A DNA stretch of 32,888 nucleotides, from assembly GCA_016764955.1 (NCBI GenBank), contig JAESQZ010000163.1, positions 1-32,888 of the forward strand, read 5' to 3'. Origin of the DNA: Deltaproteobacteria bacterium. Its GTDB lineage: Bacteria; Myxococcota; UBA727; JABDBI01. This document shows, one piece after another, positions 8,467 to 16,530 of the stretch; position 1 is the stretch's first letter, and every line of letters starts with the position of its first letter. A model generated the notes under the pieces. It worked only from the letters and a program-made list of their open reading frames with translations, did no database searches and was not told where the DNA came from. A program made the translations under genes and the position numbers.

Positions 8467-9528
8467 TCTAACAATAGAAAATAAGGCAATAGAGCTTAGT
8501 TCGCCTCCGTTTATTATTGCTGAAATGTCGGCCAATCATAATCAGAGCTTTGACAGGGCCAAAAATATAATTATTGCGGCTAAAGATTGTGGTGCAGATG
8601 CAGTGAAGGTACAGAATTATTCTGCTGATACTTTGACAATGAATTTCTCAACGGAGTCTTTTAGAATAAAGGACAGCAACCCAGATTGGAATGAGAAAAC
8701 ACTTTATGATTTGTATAAAGAGGCTGCAATGCCGTGGGAGTGGTATCCAGAATTAAAAAGAATTGCAGATGATTGTGGTATTATTATTTTTTCAACTGTA
8801 TGCGATGAGACAGCGGTAGAATTTCTTGAAAAAATGGATGCTCCGGCTTATAAAATCGGATCTTTTGAAATCAATCATATACCTTTGATTGTTAAAGCAG
8901 CATCTACGGGTAAGCCCATTATTATGTCCACAGGCATGGCCACTCGTATTGAAATCGAAGAAGCAGTTGCAGCGGCTCAAGATGCTGGATGTAGAGATAT
9001 TGCTTTGCTTAAATGCACTAGTGCTTACCCATCAACACCTGAGGAAGCAAATATTTTAACTATCCCTGATATGAGAGAACATTTCAATTGTGAATTGGAC
9101 TTTCGGATCATACATTAAGCCTTGGAGTGCCATTAACTGCAGTTGCCCATGGAGCCACTATAATTGAAAAACACTTTACGTTAAATCGTAAAGACGGCGG
9201 TTTAGATGCCTCATTCTCATTAGAACCGGACGAATTAAAGTCCCTTGTGAAGGAGGCTAACATAGCATGGAAGTCATTGGGGAAAGTATATTATGGCGCT
9301 ACCGCTATTGAGAAACCCTCTCTTCAGGAACGCCGTTCTCTTTATATTGCAGAAGATATGCAGATTGGTGATAGACTTAACAGGCAAAACCTTCGGTGTA
9401 TTCGTCCTGGTCATGGACTAGCACCTAAATATTATAATAAACTTATTGGAAAGTCTGTGAAACAAGACGTTAAAAGGGGCAGTCCAATAAGCTGGGAAAT
9501 GGTGGAGACGAGCAATAATGAAAATTAA
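8450..9528 (+). pseudogene. pseI: Second pseudaminic acid synthase paralogue, disrupted by a 1-nt deletion
   Basis: ORFs 8450-9118 and 9127-9528 together align end to end with the intact PseI (PFIIAEMSANHN ... LLKCTSAYPS ... IEKHFTL ... IRPGHGLAPKY). Frame 1 reads NCELDFRIIH-stop. Shifting one base at GG 9097-9098 restores NCEL-GLSDHTLSLGVPLTAVAHGATIIEKHF, including the metal-binding SDH motif. Confidence 0.8.
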
Positions 9529-10690
9529 CTCCCACAACGAATGGGATAAACTTCGCGAAGTTGTCGTAGGCACGGCTGAAAATATGACTGTAGGACTAGA
9601 ATTTAATCCTTCACAGTCTGTTTCTCCAGATCTATTCGCTAAGGCTTGCCAGGCTGCTAAAAAGGCTCTTCCTGAATGGTACAAAGAAGAAGTCGCAGAA
9701 GATCTTCATGATTTATGCAAAATCCTGACAGATTTTGGAGCGGAAGTTTTTCGTCCTGCTCCAATAAAAGGTGAGAAATTGTTTTCCACACCTCATTGGA
9801 GCGCCTCAGGGAAAGATATTTATAACGTGCGTGATCTTCATATTATTATTGGAGATCACGTTATGGTTAGTCCTTTTGTAAGTCGCTGTAGGCTTTACGA
9901 GCCAAATGCTTTTGCCGATATTTGGTATCATTATTTCGAACAAGGTTTTAAATGGCTCATGGCCCCTCAACCGAAACTAGAAGGAACCTATGTTGTTCCC
10001 TACTATCCTGAAGGACAGGAAGAGACAACCGAAGAAGATATTTTGCACCGTAAATTAAGTGATGGAAGAGCGGAAAAGTATTATCGACTTACTGAGGATT
10101 CAATATTATTTGACGCAGCAAATGTAGTTCGGTTTGGAAAAGATCTTATTTATTTAATTTCCAGCACAGGTAATGAAAAGGGAGCTAGGTGGCTACAGAG
10201 CATATTAGGGGAGGAATATCGGGTCCACACAACCTCCACCTATAAATCTTCCCATATCGATTCTACCATAATGCCGTTACGAGCAGGTCTAGTTCTACTT
10301 AATGAGGCTAGAGTCAGTCCAAAAAGTTGTCCTCCAATTCTTAACAGCTGGAATAAAGTTTATTTTAATGACATGGCATCTCTTCCTAAAGAAGAAATCG
10401 ATTTTCAAAGCAATGTTAGAGACAAAGTTTACAAAGAACTTAAGGAATTGGGGGTAGACTCTGATCTAAATCATATAAGCTCGCCTTGGGCGGGCATCAA
10501 CGTACTCTCTCTAGATCAGAGCACCGTTTTGGTGCATGATCGACAAAAAAACCTTATCAAAGAACTTGAAAATCATAAACTAAACGTAATTCCAGTACGT
10601 ATGAGGCACTGTTACACCATGCTTGGAGGATTACACTGTTCAACTCTAGACACAGTGAGAGAAGGGAAGTTGGAAAACTATTTTGACTAA
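9518..10690 (+). CDS. Amidinotransferase of the glycine amidinotransferase (AGAT)/StrB1 family
   Basis: By eye it aligns along its whole length to human AGAT. SHNEWDKLREVVVGTAENM matches SYNEWDPLEEVIVGRAENA. LFDAANVVRFGKD matches CFDAADFIRAGRD. SSHIDSTI matches PMHIDATF. MLGGLHCSTLD matches LGGGFHCWTCD, the catalytic Cys, here codon 374 at 10637-10639. Confidence 0.85.
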   Translation: MKINSHNEWDKLREVVVGTAENMTVGLEFNPSQSVSPDLFAKACQAAKKALPEWYKEEVAEDLHDLCKILTDFGAEVFRPAPIKGEKLFSTPHWSASGKDIYNVRDLHIIIGDHVMVSPFVSRCRLYEPNAFADIWYHYFEQGFKWLMAPQPKLEGTYVVPYYPEGQEETTEEDILHRKLSDGRAEKYYRLTEDSILFDAANVVRFGKDLIYLISSTGNEKGARWLQSILGEEYRVHTTSTYKSSHIDSTIMPLRAGLVLLNEARVSPKSCPPILNSWNKVYFNDMASLPKEEIDFQSNVRDKVYKELKELGVDSDLNHISSPWAGINVLSLDQSTVLVHDRQKNLIKELENHKLNVIPVRMRHCYTMLGGLHCSTLDTVREGKLENYFD

Positions 10691-11339
10691 GAAAAATAGT
10701 AATTTTCACTGGGTGTATTTTGACCTCGATGGAACTCTTGCGGATTGTATTTCTGAATCTTATAAGGCACATATTAATTTTTTAAATCAGTTTGGTGCTA
10801 TGGGAGGAAAGGCAGAATTTGAGGAATTGAATGGTCTTTCTCTGTCTGAGACTATAGCAATATTGAAAAAAAGATATTATCTTCCAGATACTGAAGAGGA
10901 TCTAACTGCTTTATATAGGGGAAGACTTTTAATTGCCTATAATAATTCCATTCAGCCATGTGAGGGTGCATCTGATACTTTAGAAGAATTGATAAATAGA
11001 AAATATAATTTGGCGATAGTGACTTCTGCTGATCAAGAAATTGGTATGGGGTTTATTGAGAAGCAAAATTTGGGCGAACATTTCCAAATCTTTGTATTTG
11101 GAGATGAGGTTGAAAAGGCAAAGCCTAATCCAGAAATTTATAGACTTGCTCTGAAAAAGACCAATGCTTCGGCTCAAAATGTGGCTGTTGTCGAAGATTC
11201 TTATAATGGAGTGAAATCAGCTAAGGCAACGGGAGCATTTGTAATAGGAGTGGCCAACAATCAATCAAAAGAAGATCTTATAAAAGCAGGCGCCGACACT
11301 ACGATTCTAAAACTAAGTGAAATATTGCAAATATTATAA
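10683..11339 (+). CDS. HAD-superfamily hydrolase (beta-phosphoglucomutase/phosphatase-like subfamily IA)
   Basis: VYFDLDGTLADC (DxDGT motif I), VTSA (motif II), KAKPNPEIY (motif III Lys) and VVEDSYNGVKSAKATGA (motif IV). Start is TTG 10683 or GTG 10713. Confidence 0.75.
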   Translation: MTKKNSNFHWVYFDLDGTLADCISESYKAHINFLNQFGAMGGKAEFEELNGLSLSETIAILKKRYYLPDTEEDLTALYRGRLLIAYNNSIQPCEGASDTLEELINRKYNLAIVTSADQEIGMGFIEKQNLGEHFQIFVFGDEVEKAKPNPEIYRLALKKTNASAQNVAVVEDSYNGVKSAKATGAFVIGVANNQSKEDLIKAGADTTILKLSEILQIL

Positions 11340-11353
11340 CTTTAATATGACTC

Positions 11354-12148
11354 ATGAGTAGAATTAGAAAAAACTACAAAGTAGAAGCCTTTGGTAAGAT
11401 ACAGCTACTTGAATGTTTTCCTCCTTCGGTGAGTCAAATCTCTCAAGAGCAAAAGCTTCAAATTGACAGAGTATGGCAAAGAGCCTTAAACACGGTAGGA
11501 GCCAAACTAGTAAATGAAACTTTACTAGACTTTGTCAGCCTCGAAATAGGACCAAGTCAAGTAAAAATATTTGCCAATTTCATTGAATACAAATATTTTT
11601 ATGCTCAAAGAAAACGTATCGATCTGGATCTTGGAATTAGACCAATTGGGGTAAGTGGTATTATATTTTTGGAGCAAGACTTTGATTGCTTTGTAGTTTT
11701 TGCACAAAGGTCTGAGCAAGTTACAGAATATCCGGGATTATATGAGCTAGTTCCCTCTGGGAATATTGATAAAGAGTATTCCTATAGCAATAGAGTTATC
11801 GATTACCGGTCTAAATTATTGTCGGAATTTGTTGAAGAGACAGGGTTGTCGAGAAATTATGTAAGAGATATTTCTGAGTTTGCCTTTATTTTAGATACAA
11901 ATCATAATGTATTTGATGTTTGCTGCAAAATTACTCTTGAGGTAAAAAAGGAAACTCTTTTCAATGGACTCCTGGATTCAGAAGAATATAAAAACCCAAT
12001 GTTTATTTCGACAAAAGATTTGGGTAAATTTATAAATGAGAACAAAAAGACGATAGTGCCAACCTCACTGGCCATTCTCGAGGCATGTGGTGAAGTAATG
12101 TTAGGAAAAGCACTTTGGAAAGATGTTGGAATTTCCGTTAGGATTTAA
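11354..12148 (+). CDS. Hypothetical protein with a possible degenerate Nudix fold
   Basis: A clean 264-aa ORF in the operon frame. The segment PSGNIDKE...(long loop)...LLSEFVEETGLS resembles the Nudix box GX5EX7REUXEEXGU, but with an expanded loop. No other motif was recognised. The function call is weak; the coding call is fairly safe. Confidence 0.4.
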   Translation: MSRIRKNYKVEAFGKIQLLECFPPSVSQISQEQKLQIDRVWQRALNTVGAKLVNETLLDFVSLEIGPSQVKIFANFIEYKYFYAQRKRIDLDLGIRPIGVSGIIFLEQDFDCFVVFAQRSEQVTEYPGLYELVPSGNIDKEYSYSNRVIDYRSKLLSEFVEETGLSRNYVRDISEFAFILDTNHNVFDVCCKITLEVKKETLFNGLLDSEEYKNPMFISTKDLGKFINENKKTIVPTSLAILEACGEVMLGKALWKDVGISVRI

Positions 12149-12151
12149 TCA

Positions 12152-14131
12152 ATGTCGTTTGATTTAACCACCGAACAACGTGAGCGACTCAAACAGCGTA
12201 TCCTGAGGATGAGTTTGCATTTTGGGAAAGAGGATGTTCAAAAGCCGTTAATTCTTGTCAGTACGCCAGGATCTCTCTTAGAAACTGGATTCCAACAAGC
12301 ACAAAAATATCTAATGGATGGCCAAGCTGTTCACTTAGTTGGACATGGTGTGACCCTCCAGCATGTACGGCCTGAATGGGTTTCAAGTCACAGCGGGGCA
12401 AAATTTATTCTGACGGAGCTTGGAGCTTATGTCTCTGAGGCTTTTGTTACTCCTTGGAATTTAGCACTTCGAAATGCTGTTAGAAAATGGCTTGGACAAT
12501 GCTTCAAAAAAGCAGCGTCAGAGTTGGAAGCTGAAAAGATTTTTCTTTCCAGTGTAATAAACCGGTTCTTATGTTTGGATAATGATCCGTCCCGATATAC
12601 AAGCATGGTTAAGATTCACGCAGATTCTGAGTTTATTTTTACAGACCCTTATTGGGAAGGGGCTTGGATTCATCAAACACTTGAGAAACGAACAAGCAGA
12701 GCGGGGTGTTTATGGGCCCAAGTCCTGTTTGCAACCAAGATATTTTTTTTATTACCTATCTATAGTTGTGCAGCAATTTTTAGAATTTTGAAAAATTATT
12801 TGGGTTCTAAACAAGGTGTAAGAAAAATTGCAATTCGGAGAGAGGCCACTCAGAAAAAAAAGCCAGAAGCCTGGTTTGTCCTTGCAGCTAATAATAAACG
12901 CATCAATGCTCAACTGGTCAAGCATATAATTCATGGTTTACCTAAGGCTATGGGGCTTTTTCTGTCAGGCGATCTTAGAATGCTGATTCAGAAAGACAGT
13001 GATTTGAAATCAGCAAAATCAGATATTTTCTTGGAAGGATTAGGTGACTTACTCAAGCACCTGGAGCATTTTTCTTTGGATCAGATTGTATGGCCTGATT
13101 CAATCACATCAATTTTTTGGTGTATTTACCAATGCTGGGTGATTCAGATTAAATCTGTGATTGCGGTAATTAAACAGGGGCCATTTTTAGAATTAGGAGA
13201 AGGTGTCAGGATTAATTTTAATCACTATATGCCTCAGATTCTTCGAATTTTAAGTATTGACCTGTTGAGTGCCCAAATTGGGTATGAGACTGCTCGACTA
13301 ATTTTTAAGAGACAGGAATTAGAGGGCATTCCTGTGGTATTTGCATCGGCCAATAGCCCAGAGCTGTCGACTTTCTGTTGGTATCTAGCTCAAAAAGGAG
13401 CGCATTGCGTAGAGCATTTGCATGGTACTCATGCGGCTGCCAGTGAAGCCTCTCCTATTAAATTTCGATGGGATCAGTCTGAACGAGAAACGTCTAGATT
13501 ATTAGGTGAGAAAGTCATTTTTGCTGGGACACCACCCCTGCTCGATATAAAGAGGCTGGATAGAAGTTTGCATGAGCCAGTGCGTATTCTTTTCTTAAGC
13601 AATTATGTTCATAGAGATTCGGTTACTCAAGGACGGTATCCTGCATTTTGTTTTCAAGAAGAGATGTTAGGGACTATTCCATTGATTCAAACGCAGCTGT
13701 TTTCGTCTCAGCTGCGTTGGAGGCCGCATCCTGCGGATTCACGAGAGGCTGTATATAAAACATCGGAAAAATATAAAACTTTAAACCTTTCTTTGACGGG
13801 GACAATAGAAAAAGATCTCAATTGGGCAGATATTGTAATTTCAAGCTTATCTACATCAATTAGCCAAGCACTACTGATGGGTTTGCCTGTTTTTGTTCAT
13901 TTGATACCAGACTTTCAGGGTTCTTATCAAACCTGTTTTATTTCGTCTAAGCGTATTTTTTTCCGCTCCAATGAACTTGCACCGAAAATTATTGAATTTC
14001 TGGAACATTACTTATATAGAAAAAACGAGGCTTTTCAGCCTGAACGTGAAGCACGAGTAGCTTTGTTTGGCGTCCTTGAAAGACCAACTGGATTTTGGGA
14101 TGGATTATCAGCAATCGATTTAAGTGACTAG
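12152..14131 (+). CDS. Large orphan protein, candidate nonulosonic-acid (or glycerophospho-) transferase
   Basis: A 659-aa ORF starting 3 nt after the previous stop. One strongly hydrophobic segment (VLFATKIFFLLPIYSCAAIF). The C-terminal ~230 aa look like a GT-B-type half: VRILFLSNY, then LRWRPHPAD (HP motif at 13727-13732), then ADIVISSLSTSISQALLMGLPVF. The function is inferred, not recognised by clear homology. Confidence 0.45.
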   Translation: MSFDLTTEQRERLKQRILRMSLHFGKEDVQKPLILVSTPGSLLETGFQQAQKYLMDGQAVHLVGHGVTLQHVRPEWVSSHSGAKFILTELGAYVSEAFVTPWNLALRNAVRKWLGQCFKKAASELEAEKIFLSSVINRFLCLDNDPSRYTSMVKIHADSEFIFTDPYWEGAWIHQTLEKRTSRAGCLWAQVLFATKIFFLLPIYSCAAIFRILKNYLGSKQGVRKIAIRREATQKKKPEAWFVLAANNKRINAQLVKHIIHGLPKAMGLFLSGDLRMLIQKDSDLKSAKSDIFLEGLGDLLKHLEHFSLDQIVWPDSITSIFWCIYQCWVIQIKSVIAVIKQGPFLELGEGVRINFNHYMPQILRILSIDLLSAQIGYETARLIFKRQELEGIPVVFASANSPELSTFCWYLAQKGAHCVEHLHGTHAAASEASPIKFRWDQSERETSRLLGEKVIFAGTPPLLDIKRLDRSLHEPVRILFLSNYVHRDSVTQGRYPAFCFQEEMLGTIPLIQTQLFSSQLRWRPHPADSREAVYKTSEKYKTLNLSLTGTIEKDLNWADIVISSLSTSISQALLMGLPVFVHLIPDFQGSYQTCFISSKRIFFRSNELAPKIIEFLEHYLYRKNEAFQPEREARVALFGVLERPTGFWDGLSAIDLSD

Positions 14132-14148
14132 GATGGTTTTGAATTATA

Positions 14149-15348
14149 GTGAACGCTGATATTATTATCATCGGCGGTGGCATTATTGGTTGCGCAACTG
14201 CCATGCGTCTATTACAGGCCAAACCTAGTATGAAGCTCTTGGTTCTCGAAAAAGAAGGCTCTGTAGCTCAGCACCAAAGTGGCCGAAACAGTGGTGTGAT
14301 TCACTCAGGGCTTTACTATAAGCCGGGCTCTCTGAAAGCAACCAATTGTCGCAGAGGTTATAGGCAGTTGATTGACTTCTGCCAACGAGAAAATATTGCA
14401 CATGAGATTTGTGGCAAGTTGGTTATAGCAACATCAGCTGAAGATGTGCCTAGGCTTGAAGAGCTTCGGCGCCGTGGGATAGCCAACGGCTTAAGAGGCC
14501 TTCGGTGGTTGAAAGCCGAAGAAATTCTAGAGACTGAACCGAATTGTTCTGGTGTCGCAGGGCTGCTTGTGCCTCAGACGGGTATCGTTGATTACGGTGT
14601 TGTCGCCCGCAAATATAGTGAAAAGATCCAGGAACTTGGTGCACAGGTGAAACTTGGAGAAGAGGTTATCGATATTCGGTCTCAGTCTGGCAAAGTAGAA
14701 GTGATTGGCAGAAATCAAAGCTGGATGGCAAGTTCGGCGATTGTCTGCGCTGGCTTACAGGCTGATCGCTTGGCAGTTAAGACGACGAAAGATTTGCCTG
14801 TACGAATTATACCGTTTCGGGGTGAGTATTATAAACTCAAAGAATCAGCTAGATATTTGGTCAAAAATTTGATTTATCCGGTTCCGGATCCAAAGTTCCC
14901 GTTTTTAGGAGTACATTTTACACGAATGATAGATGGTGGCATCGAGTGCGGCCCGAATGCTGTGTTGGCTTTCGGGCGCGAGGCTTATCGAAAGACTGAT
15001 TTTAGTTTGCGCGATACTTGGGAGACACTGGCTTGGCCAGGATTTAGAAAAATGGCCAGGCAATATTGGCGAATGGGGTTTGGCGAATGGCATCGATCGG
15101 TGAGTAAAAGAGCTTTTGTGAAAGCCTTGCAAAAATTAGTCCCCACGATTCAATCTGGAGATTTAGAATCAGGGAGAGCAGGAATCCGGGCTCAAGCCTG
15201 TGATCGAGAGGGGAATCTGCTAGATGATTTTGATATTCGGACTCATGGTCCTGTGATCCAAGTCTGCAATGCGCCATCACCTGCGGCGACAGCATCACTG
15301 GCAATTGCTGATGTTTTAGTTTCCAGAGTTATTGAATGCTTTAAATAA
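14149..15348 (+). CDS. lhgO: FAD-dependent L-2-hydroxyglutarate oxidase/dehydrogenase-like flavoprotein
   Basis: GTG start. DIIIIGGGIIGCATA is an FAD dinucleotide fold. HQSGRNSGVIHSGLYYKPGSLKA closely matches the LhgO/YgaF signature HQTGHNSGVIHAGVYY.PGSLKA. C-terminal VCNAPSPAATASL. Confidence 0.75.
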   Translation: MNADIIIIGGGIIGCATAMRLLQAKPSMKLLVLEKEGSVAQHQSGRNSGVIHSGLYYKPGSLKATNCRRGYRQLIDFCQRENIAHEICGKLVIATSAEDVPRLEELRRRGIANGLRGLRWLKAEEILETEPNCSGVAGLLVPQTGIVDYGVVARKYSEKIQELGAQVKLGEEVIDIRSQSGKVEVIGRNQSWMASSAIVCAGLQADRLAVKTTKDLPVRIIPFRGEYYKLKESARYLVKNLIYPVPDPKFPFLGVHFTRMIDGGIECGPNAVLAFGREAYRKTDFSLRDTWETLAWPGFRKMARQYWRMGFGEWHRSVSKRAFVKALQKLVPTIQSGDLESGRAGIRAQACDREGNLLDDFDIRTHGPVIQVCNAPSPAATASLAIADVLVSRVIECFK

Positions 15349-15407
15349 GTTGAGCGACAAAACATCTGTTGAGCTCTTAATGGGACTGAAATACGCGGAG
15401 CGCGTCT

Positions 15408-15989
15408 ATGCATACAAAACAGTATTTTGAAGAAACATGTAAAATCGCTGGCCTCGTAGATATCCATGCAATTGAAAAACTGGTGTCAGAACTGGTAGCG
15501 CTTCGTAGGCGTGAAGGAAGACTTTTTTTCTTGGGGGTTGGTGGAAGTGCAGCCAACTGTAGTCATGCGGTCAATGATTTTAGAAAGCTTTGTGGCATCG
15601 AGGCTTATACGCCAGTCGATAATGTTTCAGAATTGACCGCTCGTACCAATGATGAAGGATGGCATACCGTATTTTCGGAATGGTTGCAGGGTAGCAAAGC
15701 CAATAAAAACGATGCTGTATTTGTGTTATCTGTAGGCGGTGGAAGTGTTAAAAATCATGTTAGTGTTAACATTGTTAATGCCCTTCGAGAAGCCAAATCC
15801 CGTAATATGAAAATTTTTGGTGTTGTTGGCCGTGATGGTGGTTATACTAAGGAAGTAGGGGATGTGGTCGTCGTTATTCCAACAGTGAATGAATCGAAAA
15901 TTACGCCGCATACAGAGGCCTTTCACGCAGTGGTTTGGCACTGCTTAGTTTCTCACCCGGAATTACAGCAAGTTGCGACGAAATTGTGA
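15408..15989 (+). CDS. gmhA: SIS-domain sedoheptulose-7-phosphate isomerase
   Basis: A 193-aa protein with LFFLGVGGSAANCSHAVNDF and VFVLSVGGGS. The size and motifs fit GmhA, and gmhB and hldE-like genes lie alongside. Confidence 0.75.
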   Translation: MHTKQYFEETCKIAGLVDIHAIEKLVSELVALRRREGRLFFLGVGGSAANCSHAVNDFRKLCGIEAYTPVDNVSELTARTNDEGWHTVFSEWLQGSKANKNDAVFVLSVGGGSVKNHVSVNIVNALREAKSRNMKIFGVVGRDGGYTKEVGDVVVVIPTVNESKITPHTEAFHAVVWHCLVSHPELQQVATKL

Positions 15990-16530
15990 TATTTTAAAAA
16001 GACGAGCGGTCTTTTTAGACCGCGATGGCGTTGTCAATCATCCTGTTATTAGAAATGGGAAATCTTACTCACCTCAATCGATAGAAGAATTCGAGCTTTT
16101 GCCGGGTGTTATCCAAGCAGTAAACTCACTTCGCCAGGCAGGGTTCTTAATTGTTATCGTGACGAATCAACCTGATGTTTCAAAAGGTACTCAAACCCGA
16201 GAAGTCATAGAATCAATGCACAATGTGTTGTGGTCTACTTTATCTCTAGATGATATTAAAATATGTTTTCATGTGGATTTAGATGGTTGTTATTGTCGAA
16301 AACCAAAACCCGGTATGTTGTTTGAAGCAGCTAGAGAGCTGGAAATTGACTTGTCACTAAGTTTTATAGTGGGTGATCGATGGCGAGATGTGGCAGCAGG
16401 AAAAAGTGCTGGTTGTTACACGTTTTTTATTGATTATGGATATGCAGAACAACGTCCTGATGACCCGGATGCAATCGTGGAGTCATTAGAAGAGGCAAGC
16501 CAGCTTATTTTAGAGGGGGAACAAATATGA
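15973..16530 (+). CDS. gmhB: D-glycero-D-manno-heptose 1,7-bisphosphate phosphatase (HAD-IIIA)
   Basis: AVFLDRDGVVN (DxDGV), VTNQPDVSKG, the Cys cluster CFH..DGCYCRKPKPGM (zinc-binding loop plus RKP) and VGDRWRDVAAG. The TTG start overlaps the gmhA end. Confidence 0.8.
   Translation: MRRNCDILKRRAVFLDRDGVVNHPVIRNGKSYSPQSIEEFELLPGVIQAVNSLRQAGFLIVIVTNQPDVSKGTQTREVIESMHNVLWSTLSLDDIKICFHVDLDGCYCRKPKPGMLFEAARELEIDLSLSFIVGDRWRDVAAGKSAGCYTFFIDYGYAEQRPDDPDAIVESLEEASQLILEGEQI

Noticed and set aside
12582-12791. Same-strand alternative-frame ORFs nested in larger genes: 12582-12791, 18430-18651, 21144-21410, 24222-24449, 27951-28154 and 32187-32369.
   Set aside because: They are embedded out of frame in CDSs with clear homology or operon context. 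They are short and carry no motifs. They are chance ORFs.
12743-12861. 8-nt homopolymers: T8 at 12743-12750 and A8 at 12854-12861 in the 659-aa gene. There is also A8 at 137-144, 29043-29050 and about 32349. These could be phase-variation tracts.
   Set aside because: A/T runs of 8 are expected by chance in AT-rich lysine/phenylalanine-coding sequence. All are currently in frame. The two real frameshifts in the window are at much shorter runs (GG, AAAA).
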